A stretch of DNA of 64,000 nucleotides from Octopus bimaculoides (taxonomy: Eukaryota). The position numbers were made by a program, and so were the translations under genes. Location of the stretch: NCBI RefSeq assembly GCF_001194135.2, contig NC_069000.1, positions 23,601,190 through 23,665,189 on the forward strand. The letters run 5' to 3'. Of the stretch, positions 1-12,800 are shown in pieces (the first letter of the stretch is position 1; the number at the start of each line of letters is the position of its first letter). The notes beneath the pieces were generated by a model. That model was not told where the DNA came from. It ran no database searches and was given only the letters and a program-made list of their open reading frames with translations.

Positions 1-670
1 GTTTTTCTATGCCCACCTCAGTTAGATGCTTACATATTACATCAAGGTATTGTTTTTAGAGCCAGATGCCCTTCCTCTTGCTAACCCATACCTATCTTTC
101 AAGTAATGGCTCTCTTATTCTACACATCTTTGAAAGTCTACAGCCAGCAAACAATTTGCTGACAGGGAAATGGTAACAAGCAAATAGCTCAGCACTTTTA
201 GATGCAAAGCACACAGAATGTAGATGTAACCCTTTAAACACACACACACATGTATATATAATGGGCTTTGTATAGTTTCTGCAACAAAATTCACTCACAA
301 AGCATTGGTCAGCCCAAGCCTATAGTAGTAAGCACTTGCCCAAGAGGTGCACTGCAATGGGAATGAACCCAAAGCCATGTGGTTACAAAGCAAACTTCCT
401 AACACAGTCATGTCTGCACCAAAACATATAAATGCATATACACACATGCATGCATACATGTGTGTGTGAGAGCGCATCTATATATGTACATGTATTTCTG
501 TATAGGGATTTACATCCTGCAGGCTTTGCATGAAGAAGCACCGAGCTACAATTTGTTGTCATTTCCCTATCAATAAATCATCCATTGGTTCTGTGCTATC
601 AAAGATGTGTGGAATAAGAGATCCATAACTTTGTGTGTGTGTGTGTGTCATTATTTTTCCATATATCAAT

Positions 671-2205
671 CATCATCATCATCATCATCGTTTAACGTCC
701 GCTTTCCATGCTAGCATGGGTTGGACGATTTGACTGAGGACTGGTGAAACCGGATGGCAACACCAGGCTCCAGTCTGATTTGGCAGAGTTTCTACAGCTG
801 GATGCCCTTCCTAACGCCAACCACTCAGAGAGTGTAGTGGGTGCTTTTACGTGTCACCCGCACGAAAACGGCCACGCTCGAAATGGTGTCTTTTATGTGC
901 CACCCGCACAAGCCAGTCCAGGGGCACTGGCAACGATCTCGCTCGAAAATCCTACAGGAGCCAGTCAGGCGGTACTGGCAACGGCCNNNNNNNNNNNNNN
1001 NNNNNNNNNNNNNNNNNNNNNNNNNNNNNNNNNNNNNNNNNNNNNNNNNNNNNNNNNNNNNNNNNNNNNNNNNNNNNNNNNNNNNNNNNNNNNNNNNNNN
1101 NNNNNNNNNNNNNNNNNNNNNNNNNNNNNNNNNNNNNNNNNNNNNNNNNNNNNNNNNNNNNNNNNNNNNNNNNNNNNNNNNNNNNNNNNNNNNNNNNNNN
1201 NNNNNNNNNNNNNNNNNNNNNNNNNNNNNNNNNNNNNNNNNNNNNNNNNNNNNNNNNNNNNNNNNNNNNNNNNNNNNNNNNNNNNNNNNNNNNNNNNNNN
1301 NNNNNNNNNNNNNNNNNNNNNNNNNNNNNNNNNNNNNNNNNNNNNNNNNNNNNNNNNNNNNNNNNNNNNNNNNNNNNNNNNNNNNNNNNNNNNNNNNNNN
1401 NNNNNNNNNNNNNNNNNNNNNNNNNNNNNNNNNNNNNNNNNNNNNNNNNNNNNNNNNNNNNNNNNNNNNNNNNNNNNNNNNNNNNNNNNNNNNNNNNNNN
1501 NNNNNNNNNNNNNNNNNNNNNNNNNNNNNNNNNNNNNNNNNNNNNNNNNNNNNNNNNNNNNNNNNNNNNNNNNNNNNNNNNNNNNNNNNNNNNNNNNNNN
1601 NNNNNNNNNNNNNNNNNNNNNNNNNNNNNNNNNNNNNNNNNNNNNNNNNNNNNNNNNNNNNNNNNNNNNNNNNNNNNNNNNNNNNNNNNNNNNNNNNNNN
1701 NNNNNNNNNNNNNNNNNNNNNNNNNNNNNNNNNNNNNNNNNNNNNNNNNNNNNNNNNNNNNNNNNNNNNNNNNNNNNNNNNNNNNNNNNNNNNNNNNNNN
1801 NNNNNNNNNNNNNNNNNNNNNNNNNCCCCCACTACTAACTTGGTCGCCCAGATAGCGGAAGCTATCGACTACCTCTAGTTTTTCACCCTGGAATGAGATA
1901 GAAGTTGTTTCCTGTTTGTTTGCAGTCTTTATTGCACCTGAACATCTGCCACAAACAAAAACTAACTTGCTAGTTAACCTGCCTTTGATGTTGCTGCACC
2001 TCTTATGTGTCCATAGCTTGCACCGGGTACATCTTATAGAGTTACTACCTACTCCTTTTCTACATACTGAGCAGGGCCATCTACCTGAAGGGGTTTGTGT
2101 TTTATCTACCTTCCTACTTATTAGGATTTTGGTTTTAGCTAGGTTGACTCTAAGGCCCTTCAGTTCTAGACCTTGCTTCCACACCTGAAACTTCTCCTCT
2201 AGTCA
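671..2205 (-). mobile_element. 5'-truncated RTE-clade LINE, young, interrupted by a gap
   Basis: RT C-terminal ORF at 2184-1826 (WKQGLELKGLRVNLAKTKIL...CSVCRKGVGSNSIRC...VDSFRYLGDQVS), then a gap, then the 3' UTR repeat array and (GAT)n tail at 671-689. Confidence 0.88.
987..1825. other. Assembly gap (N); others at 3599-3698, 8914-9318, 25607-26127, 39499-39508, 44300-44349, 45250-45273
   Basis: Runs of N, mostly inside young repeats or microsatellites. Confidence 0.99.
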
Positions 2206-2379
2206 ATGATGGATGTAAACATCATTGAAAAATTGTTCCTTCAAATGACACCTAGCAAATTACAGATGCTCCCTTGTCAATCTCTCCATCAGAAATACAG
2301 CGAAAGAGTGATTGGTCCTTTGGAAACTTGTAACCAATGATGTTAATGCTTGTAAATCGTGATATTAGATAAACAAATA

Positions 2380-2735
2380 ACATGATGCAATGCCAGTGCT
2401 GCTTGACTGGCACCCGTGACAGTGGAACATAAGAAGCACCATTGAAGCGTGGCCAATGCCAGCGTCACCTAACTGGCACCTGTGAAAGTGGTACATAAAA
2501 AGCACGATTCGAACATGGCCAATGCCAGTGTCACCTGACTGGCTCCCATGCTGGTGGTACATGAAAAGCACCCACTACATTCTCAGAATGGTTAGCATTA
2601 GGAAGGGTATCCAGCTGTAGAAACCTTGCCAAATCAGATTGGAGCCTGGTGCAGCTTCCTGGCTTGTCAGTTCTCAGTCAAACCATCCAACCCAATGCCA
2701 GCATGGAAAGTGGACATTAAACGACAATGATGATG
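2380..2735 (+). mobile_element. RTE LINE 3' UTR fragment
   Basis: gccagtg...tggcac...aaaagcacc units, then ggaagggtatccagctgtagaa, ending gatgatgatg. Confidence 0.8.
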
Positions 2736-2758
2736 ATGGAAAAGAAGACATTAATAAT

Positions 2759-2759
<1 letters not shown>

Positions 2760-2801
<42 letters not shown>
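2760..2801. repeat. (AT)n microsatellite; other AT/GT/CA runs at 3481-3520, 3699-3880, 32955-32987, 45274-45296, 52898-52955
   Basis: Seen directly. Confidence 0.95.
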
Positions 2802-2806
<5 letters not shown>

Positions 2807-2838
2807 AAGAGAGGCAATATCAATACCAAGAGGTAATA

Positions 2839-3085
2839 TTTATTCCCACCTAAAATGTGGATGCTCCATTTGAACAAACTTTACTGTTGTAGATACCATG
2901 AAAGAAGCTCTCATATAGGTTCTTGGTGCAAAATACACACTAGTTTTTATCATTGGTGGGGATTTATCTCCCCACTAGCAACAAGCATGCTTTTTACACA
3001 ACAAGTCTATGTGAGAGTTTCTCTCATGGTATCTACTGCAGTAAAGTTTGTTCTAAGACAACATCTAAGTTTAAGTGGGAATAAA
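2839..3085. mobile_element. Foldback/MITE-like element with about 100-bp imperfect inverted arms, TA-flanked
   Basis: tttattcccacctaaa...aacaaactttactgttgtagataccatgaaag pairs with ctcatggtatctactgcagtaaagtttgtt...tttaagtgggaataaa. Confidence 0.72.
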
Positions 3086-3252
3086 GTGAGAGTAGAATCC
3101 TACAGATTTCTCCAACATCCAGGTCCATTTGACCAACTATTTTAGTACACAAGATTGCTTGATCAAACTGACCTGAGTCAGTTTTTGATCAAACGATACA
3201 TCAGAGAAATAGATAAAGAGAAGTACAGTTATAAAACGCTAGGCTTACTTAC

Positions 3253-3369
3253 CTTCATGATATAAGTCTCTAATATAGAACATAATGTAGAACCTTCAAA
3301 CATGGAAGATATGGAATACTCCAGAAGCCTGTAGTAACACATCAATAGAGTCTGTTGGCTGTTGGATTT
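3253..3369 (-). CDS. URB2: URB2 exon 20
   Basis: taacag / gtaagt; KSNSQQTLLMCYYRLLEYSISSMFEGSTLCSILETYIMK; 117 nt, phase 0 to 0. Confidence 0.75.
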
Positions 3370-3480
3370 CTGTTATGGTAGAAATCATACAAAGTTCAGC
3401 AGTAGCAATAATAATAATAATAATAATAACAAATACAATTTCTTTCTAAGACAAACAAATTAATGTTGTGAAGAAAATAT

Positions 3481-3524
<44 letters not shown>

Positions 3525-3782
3525 CTAGGTGCAGGCATGGCTGTGCAGTAAGAAGCTTGCTTCCCAACTACATGGTTCTGGTTTCAGTCCCACATGTGNN
3601 NNNNNNNNNNNNNNNNNNNNNNNNNNNNNNNNNNNNNNNNNNNNNNNNNNNNNNNNNNNNNNNNNNNNNNNNNNNNNNNNNNNNNNNNNNNNNNNNNNTA
3701 TATATATATATATGTATGTATATATATATATATATGTATGTATATATATACATATATATGTATGTATATATATATATGTATG

Positions 3783-3834
<52 letters not shown>

Positions 3835-3853
3835 CGTGTGTGCGTGTGTGAGC

Positions 3854-3887
<34 letters not shown>

Positions 3888-6800
3888 GTGCCTTTGAGTT
3901 TGTTCCCCCCACCCATCACCGCTTGACAACTGACGTTAGTGTTTACATCCCCGTGACTTAGTGGTTCGCCAAAAGAGACGAACAGAATATGTACTAGGCT
4001 TTAAAGAAATAAGTCCTGGGGCTGATTTGTTTGACTAAGATCCTTCAAGGTAGTGCTCCAGCATGGCCACAGTCAAATGACTAAAACAAGTAAATAAGAG
4101 AATACAGATTTAATCCTCCATTACATTAATGATACTTAGTTGATAACAATGACATCAAAATTATCATCATACACTATTAGGTGCAGACATGGTTCCAGGT
4201 TCAATCCCCCTTGGACAACTGTCTTCTGCTATGGGCCTGGGCCTACAAAAAGCTTGTGAGGAGATTTAGTAGATGGAAACTGAAAAAGGCCCATGGTGTG
4301 TGTGTGTGTGTTACTGTCTCTATTATGCAAGCAGAGTCCTTCATTCCCAATTGTTTGTGATAACATGTCTGGTCGTGGGGAAATATTACCTTACTTGGAA
4401 AAAAGGCGAGTGCTGATGACAGGAAGAGCATCAAGTTGTAGAAATGTGCCACAATTCCATCTGATTCATGCAAGCATGGGAAAGTGGACAGTAAAACAAT
4501 GACGATAATGATATTCAGAGAAGTCTACATCAAATAGTGCAATATGTAACTGGCTGCCCAGCAACTAGTCATGTGATTTAAGTTCTATCAGTGAGCTTTT
4601 TCCTCTCTTCCACTTCAGGCACATAAAAGCATCCACTACACTCTCGGAGTGGTTGGCGTCAGGAAGGGCATCCAGCTGTAGAAACTCTGCCAAATCAGAT
4701 TGGAGCCTGGTGTAGCCATCTGGTTTCACCAGTCCTCAGTCAAATCATCCAACCCATGCCAGCATGGAAAGCGGACGTTAAACGATGATGATGATGAATG
4801 TGATTTATATTGAAATTTTAGTCATTAATTCCTAATATCAACATCATTCAATGTCTACTTTTCTATGCTTGCATGGTTCAGATGAAACTTACTGAGGCAG
4901 ATTTTCTACAGCCGGATGCTATTCCTGCACTAATCATCACTTGTATCCAAGTAAGGTAATCTTTCCCCTTCTCCTTCAAACAATGAACAGCTCAATGCTA
5001 GACATGTTTTCCTGGAAGTGAAGTGGCTGTGTGATAAGAAACTTACTTCCTAACCACATGATTCCAGTTTAGTACCACTGTGTGGAACTTTGGGCAAGTG
5101 TCTTCTGCTATAGCCTCAGGCTAACCAAAACCTTGCAAATGGATTTGGTAGACAGAAACTGAAAGAAGTCTGCCACACGCATGTGTATGTGTGTGCCCCA
5201 CCTCCATGTGACAACCAATGTTGGTGTGTTTACATCCCCACAACTTCACAGTTTAGAAAAGAAACTGACAGAAGTATTAGGCTTAAAAAATAATAAGTAC
5301 TGGGGTTGATTCTTTTGATTAAAAATTCATGGCAGTGCCACAGTCGAATGACTGAAACAAGTAAAAGATAAAGACCAATGTCACTATTTGTATGACTGGT
5401 GACTTTATTTCCAATCAGCACACAAATGTCGAGACAAGGGGGAACTCCAACACACTCACACATGCAAACACAAACACATAAATATACTTATATGACAGTT
5501 TTCTTATAGTTTCTGCCGACCAATTTCACTTAAAAGCAATGGTCAGTCCACAACTATAGAAGAAAACATCAACAAAAAGTGCCCATGAAGTGAAAAACAC
5601 ACTTTAAACCATATGGTTCAAAAGTAAAGTTCTTAGACACACAGCCACAAGTTATTAATTATCCTGTGTGCGTAAGTAAAAGCAGGGTATTGTCATCACA
5701 CATCTTTGTTTGTCTGTGTGTTGGCAAAATTACTGGAAAACAGATGAACGGATTTTCACCAAATTTGGCAGAAATACTCATTGGGTGAGTGACTTGAAAT
5801 GATGAAAATTTGGTTTGATTATCTTCAAACATACATAAATACGCTATTGTGTGCATGTGTATGTGTGTACAGTGATGGATTCAAGGGTTTTGTTTATTTA
5901 CGAGTTGATCTCTTAATTTCACTGGAGCGTAAATACTTATAATGGGGATACGTAAAAAAAATTTTTTTTTTTTAATCGAACTTACAAATTTCTCGATAAG
6001 CAAGTGGTCATATATTTATGTCCTACAATGAACAACAGTACATTTGATTCACCTGCCATCATTGAATGATGTTGCTATGCAATATTTTCCATAAGTATTT
6101 CATTTTGTTCACTTTCTTTTTCATATGAATTGACCCTCCTTTGTGTGTATAGATCAAGGTGTACCTATGCATGTAGACATGTGTGGGTGCATACATACAT
6201 AAATAAATACATACATAGATATGTGACTGTGTGTATGTGTGTGTGTGCATGTACATGTGTGTACAGTGATGGATTCAAGGGTTTTGTTTATTTACAAGTT
6301 GATTCCTTAATTTCACTGTTCTTAGGCTTCTAATCCTCTTTTAGTCAAACACTTACAAAGCTTAATTCAGTTCAATTAAAAAGCATGGGTAAGCAAAACA
6401 ATTTATCTGCGCACAGGGTATGCATCACTCCTCTGATGCCTTTTTTTTTACATTGCAAATAGGTAACTGGTCTTATTTCTAACTATTGAAAAATAAACCA
6501 AAGCAAAAAGACAATAAGTCTCTTGCCTATCTTGTCTATCCATACCTGTTCTTGAATTTTGCTTAAGGAAGTTTCTAGAAAATTAAGTACAACTTCTGGT
6601 CTGAGATAGTTGTATATAGAAACATTCTCTGAAGACTTCATCAAAGTGCTTAGGCAGTCAGTGCAGTTGGTAAGCAGAGAAAGTTTTTGGTCATTTGGTA
6701 CTGTACTAACTAGGTTACTATCATCTGGACAGATGTCACTGACAGAACAGCATGAAATTACAAGATGCAAGCCAAATATGATCTGGATTTTCTCATTTCG

Positions 6801-9800
6801 TGGAAGGAACCTCAGAGGTAGCAACTCAACAATCTATATGAGAAAGAAATTCAGAGACATTTTACAGTTAATCATTGCATTCAAGAGAAGAAATAACCAA
6901 AAAGACAATAAAACAACAACACTGATAAGAGTGCAGAATTAAGAAGCATAATTTTTGCTGTTTTTAGTCATTCCTTCAAGTTGGTGAAAATTTAAACAAG
7001 TCATTATGTTGCAAAAAAGTTCGAAAGGATAAGATTTGAATATTATAATAAATGTCTATTTAAATTAAAATACTGATCTAAGTCTCGCTCTTTCTCATAT
7101 ACATACATATACATATACACATGAGGGTCAGCTGAAAAGTTCATAGGCTGACCTAGATACTCTCATGGAATGTGAGCAAATGAGGTTTATGTTTCAACAT
7201 AGACCCCTTGCAGTCCACACACTTCTTCCATCGGTGTTGCACTGCTTGGATCCCATTGGTGAAAGTCATCAACAGCAGATATAATGTTATCATCACTGTG
7301 ATACTGGTTTGCAACCAATAGTTTTTTCATGGTAGAGAACAGAAGATAGTCAGATGGGGCCAAATCAGAATATGAATAGTGATCAACCAGTTCAAAGTCA
7401 CAATCATGCATAGGAGAAATTGAAAGCAAGGACTTGTGTGCTGGAGCATTGTCCTGATGAAACAAGACCCCTTTTGTCAGTTTACTTGGGTATTTGGTCT
7501 TGATAGACTTTCATAACTGCCTCAGCAAGTTGGCATGGTACTCTCCATTGATGGTGTGGCCCTTTTCAAGATTGTCAGTAAAAATAATGCCTTCTGCATC
7601 CTTGCCTACAGATGAAACAGCCTTCGCCTTCTTTGGAGCAGGTGAGGAGAGGTGATTTCCACTGCATGGATTGTCTCTTTGTCTCTGGCTCAAAGTGATG
7701 AAGCCAACACCTATCCTGGGTTAGGAAACGTTCAAGGAAACCAGCTGGATCTGCCTCAATGTCAGATTTTGCCATGATGTGATCAGCCTGATGCACTTTT
7801 GATCAGGTGTCAGAAGATGTGGCACCTACCAAGCAGAAATCTTCACCACGCCAAGTTCACTGTGCAGAATATTTTCAAATCTCTCATTGGATATACTAAT
7901 AACATTGGCTATTCAATTTATAGTCAATTGCCTGTCATCTATCACCATGTGGTGAATGCAATGGATGTTTTCCTTTGTGGTGGCAGATGCAGAACATGCA
8001 GTCATTGGGTCATCCTCAAGACTCACACTTCCCCTCCTAAATTCAGATGCCTATTTTTGTACTGTTGATAAAGCTGGAACATCATCCCCTAATGTAGCAA
8101 CCAGGTCAGCATGAATGTCCTTGGGGACTAAACCCTTTTTCTGTCAGTACATGATAACACCACAATCCCAAATTTCGTCCATTTTCAAGAGAAGTTGCTC
8201 CTAGTTACTTTTGAAGTCTTTTTTGAGCAGTCAGATGTCAGTTTAACTGGAAAAAAGCAATGTAGTTATTAATAATAAGGGCTGAAATTAATACATGCAT
8301 GATTTCACAGCTCTAGTATCACCCCTTCATGGTCATCCTATGAACTTTTCAGCCAAGCCTAAAATACAGAGACCTACAGGGTGGACATACAAATAAATAT
8401 GTCAAATTCAGCTATTTCTCCATAGATTGAAATAAATGACAAACAACCTTAATTGATTTTTTACCTTTATTGGGGTCTCATCGGGTGTCTACATCAAGTG
8501 AACAATCCCAGAGAAACAAGTAGCCAACCCATTTATATACACATTAAATCTAGTAGATTCAGAGAATTAGGATTATCAATTTGCATACTACAGATGCTTA
8601 ACACTTTACTTAAAATCAGTGGCCTGTGAATGGGGAACAACACAGTTCACACATTACCAAGTTATTACGTATGTAAACCTAGATTATCATCATCATCATC
8701 ATCATCGTTTAACGTCCGCTTTCCATGCTAGCATGGGTTGGACGATTTGACTGAGGACTGGTGAAACCGGATGGCAACACCAGGCTCCAATTTAATTTGG
8801 CAGAATTTCTACAGCTGGATGCCCTTCCTAACGCCAACCACTCAGAGAGTGTAGTGGGTGCTTTTACGTGTCACCCGCACGAAAACGGCCACGCTCGAAA
8901 TGGTGTATTTTATNNNNNNNNNNNNNNNNNNNNNNNNNNNNNNNNNNNNNNNNNNNNNNNNNNNNNNNNNNNNNNNNNNNNNNNNNNNNNNNNNNNNNNN
9001 NNNNNNNNNNNNNNNNNNNNNNNNNNNNNNNNNNNNNNNNNNNNNNNNNNNNNNNNNNNNNNNNNNNNNNNNNNNNNNNNNNNNNNNNNNNNNNNNNNNN
9101 NNNNNNNNNNNNNNNNNNNNNNNNNNNNNNNNNNNNNNNNNNNNNNNNNNNNNNNNNNNNNNNNNNNNNNNNNNNNNNNNNNNNNNNNNNNNNNNNNNNN
9201 NNNNNNNNNNNNNNNNNNNNNNNNNNNNNNNNNNNNNNNNNNNNNNNNNNNNNNNNNNNNNNNNNNNNNNNNNNNNNNNNNNNNNNNNNNNNNNNNNNNN
9301 NNNNNNNNNNNNNNNNNGAGATATAACAAAAAAACCGTTACTCTGAGTTTCACGTTCCCGTTCATCGGACAGTTCGATGAACGGGAACGTGAAACTCAGA
9401 GTAACGGTTTTTTTGTTATATTTCTGCTGCTTTTAAATAAAGTATATATATATATATATATATATATTTGCACAGGACTGTGCCAAAAGGCCTCAATACA
9501 AGGATAGATAAAACTTCAATGCAGATCAGTTGTTGAGAAAATCTCTATGTACACAACTCGCATAGTTTAGTAAGAAGTGAAAAAGCCAAAAGTAAAAGTA
9601 TCATTCAACTCATGAAAGCAGTTCAGGCTATGCTTGAGTTTACATTCTTAGAGAGGAAAATAAAGTAACAAGTATGTCAATGAATTGTCTTTATTTCAGC
9701 TTCTATTCAGCAAAGTTGTTAAAGTACAAAGATGTTCAAAATTATATATACCTATTAAAAACTTCTTCAGACAATTAGTCCAATACCTATTTTGGAACAG

Positions 9801-12800
9801 CAGCTAATAGCTTAAGCACACACACTAAAAAAAACTTGTATACTCAAACAAGCAAAAATGTACTGAACTCTTTATATGGTTTAATAACATTACCAAGTTT
9901 CCTAGATGACATTGTGCTTGGGATTGAGATAGGATAACTAAGGTTTAGTTGGGAATGAATAGAAGTTTAGTTAACTGTTAGCCAAATTTTTCTCTTTATA
10001 CAAAAAGTAAACCAAGTTAAAACGAAGAGCAAGATGTATGATACTGTACGATAAAAAATATGGGAAATCTAAAAATTGGGCAGTTGACTAGGATTTATTG
10101 TGTTTTCAATGCTAACTTACAAGAAAGGTATTGTGTAAATGCAAGATAGAGCAAAAGGACATGCCAAAAAACACTGGTGAATGGATACTGGATGATAAAC
10201 TGATATGAGTTAGTGTGAAAAGGTACATAAAGTTGAGATATAGCAAAGACCTGAGATAGGATAGAATGAGACTAAAAAATTACTCATAGGTGAAGGGACA
10301 CAAGATTGAGATAGAAGTAAAGATACATTACAAAAAAAAAACAAAAAAAAAAACAGATATCAGGATAATAATGAAAATAGTGAATTGTAAGGAAACATCC
10401 CATCTGACTTACTTTAATGATGGTTGAAGATTTCTGTAAAAAATTTTCTTGTGCATCACTTTGAGCAACGGAATTCTCAAATAAACTGCAAAGGCCTCCT
10501 CCAACAATCTTTAATGCTTTAGAAGTGTTTCTAGAGTAAGATAAAAAAAATATATATATATACATAATGAAGTATTTTCTGTTCAAAACAATAGATTTAA
10601 ACATATGGGTATGCAAATATGATGAATGGCCTGCTTGACCTTCATATCTTCTCTCAACAAGAATGCTGTACAATTTTACATGCCTTCCAGTTATGATTGA
10701 ACAGTGTAGTAATATCTAACAATGGCAACAACAAAAGTGTTATTTTAATAAATCTTCCCAAGGAATTTAAGACTGGCTACCCTTGGGAGCTCCTCTATGT
10801 TGACCATGTTCTTACTGCTGAGTCACAACCAGAACAAGAGAGGAGATTTCAGGTGTGGAAGCAAGGTCTGAAATCAAAGGGCCTCAGAATTAATTTAACA
10901 AAGTCTGAAGTTCCAGTAAGCAGGAAAAGAGACGAATCACTGATCTCTTCAGGGAGATGAGCCTGCTTGATATGTAGAAAAGGTGTTGGTAGAAACTCCA
11001 TACAGTGTACCCAGTGCAAGCTATGGACACATAAGAGGCGCAGTGGTATCAAAGGAAGATTAATAGAGAAAGTAGTCTGTGTGTGGAAGATGTGCAGGTC
11101 CAATAAGCAATAGGAATGCACAGAAAATAGACTCCCTCGAATGTCCTGGGGATCCTTAGAAGTAATAGATAGTTTCCATTACCTAGGCGAACAAGTTAAC
11201 AGTGGAAGAGGAAGATCTGAAAGTATAAGTGCTAAAATACAAATAGGCTGGGCAAGAGAACTGCTACTTTTGTTGGTAATGAAGGGCTTCTCCCTCAGAG
11301 TGAAAGGCAGATTGTATGATGCCTGTGTATGAAGATGGCAGTGAAACATGGGCTGTGACTACAGAGGACATGTGAAGGTTTGAAAGAAATGAAGTCAGGA
11401 TGCTCCACTGGATGGATAATGTCAGTGTACATGTATGACAGAGTATAAGTGATTTGAAAGTAAAATTGGGCATAAGAGACAGATGTAGTATGCAAGAGGG
11501 AAAATTGCATGCATATGGTCATGTGATGTGTATGGATGAGGACAGCTGCATAAAGAAGCGCCAATTTCTAATTGTGGAGGGAACCTGTGGAAAGGGTAGA
11601 CCCCCGCCAAGAAGACATGGGACAAAGTGATGATAAAAGGATCTTCAGATATTGAATCTCACCAAGGAGATAACAAGGGTCTGAGACTTCAAGCAATTTG
11701 CTGTGATTGAGAAAATATGTCAAGCAACATAAAATCAAGCACCCATGCTGGCACCACATAAAAAGCACCCATGTCAGTGCTACATAAAAAGATCCATACT
11801 AGCGCCACATAAAAGACACCATGATTGGTGCCATGTAAAAGAGCATTCATGCCAGTGCCACATAACAAAGCATCCAAGCTAGTAATGCATTTCCAACTAC
11901 TCATGTAAGTGAGTACTGTTTAACAAAACAACCAACTTTAAAATAATTTTCTTATAAATAAAAAAAAAATAAAAACATAAAAAAAGAAACATTCCATGAA
12001 ATGGCAATGTAAAGAAGTTTAAAAATGTAATAAAGAATAGAAAAAAAGGAAATGTCTTACTTATCATTGGGGTTATTCCACTGTAACTCTGAGTTTCCTA
12101 AAGTACTGAATAAACTAGCAACAGTCTTCATATCTTCAGGTAAAGAACTTGAGTTAAAAAAAAGAAAAATAAGAAAAGTTGCTCAGTTTTTCAAATTGAA
12201 ACAACAAAAATTGGGACAAAACCAACAAACTATATAAAACTTTAAAATATGTGGCAAAAATATATGAAATTTCAGAGATAAGAAAAAAAGTTTTTAAAAG
12301 TAAAAACAAAATTTTATGAGTAAAATAATTAACAAACACTAGGAAAGAGTTTAAAAAAAAATTATGAAAATGACTAAGATGGTAAGAATTGAGAATTTAC
12401 CCATCTTTTTTCAAAACTGAACCAGCCAGTGTAGAGAAAATGCAAGTGATAATGTGAGTATGGAATGAAGCCATTTCTTGAAAGAAGGGAGATCTGATTA
12501 AATTCCATGTAAAACTTGCTTCTGTTAACATTTCCCTAAATAGTTGAAAGAGAAAATAATTTTTTTAAAGTAAATACATCAAAACATTTAAAGGCAGTTT
12601 CTTTTTTTTGGTGATTAAAAAAAATACTTGAAGATATTTGGAAGAGCATTGATGTTTTTGGATTAGTAAGTAAAATCTTTAGCTGGCGACCGGAAGGGGA
12701 GTCTGTCCTCTCAACTAAAACACTGCTGTGGGTGCTGCTGGATGACAGACTCTCATGGCAATGTTATTCCATGCTTTCTGATCCATGACGCTGGCCTTAG

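Noticed and set aside
744-1878. Long ORFs in the track (744-1878, 8761-9507, 25455-26274)
   Set aside because: They are open only because they cross N gaps; the real sequence is RTE UTR or Tc1.
500-2370. Further URB2 exons 3' of exon 20
   Set aside because: Candidates near 520-580 and 2270-2350 have stops or lack matching splice phase. The next exon is probably outside the window or in a gap.
3525-3961. His/Thr- and Tyr/Ile-rich ORFs
   Set aside because: Translations of (CA)n/(TA)n microsatellites inside a SINE.
8686-8913. Near-identity with 671-895 as a segmental duplication
   Set aside because: Similarity stops at the element tail and the flanks differ, so these are independent young insertions.
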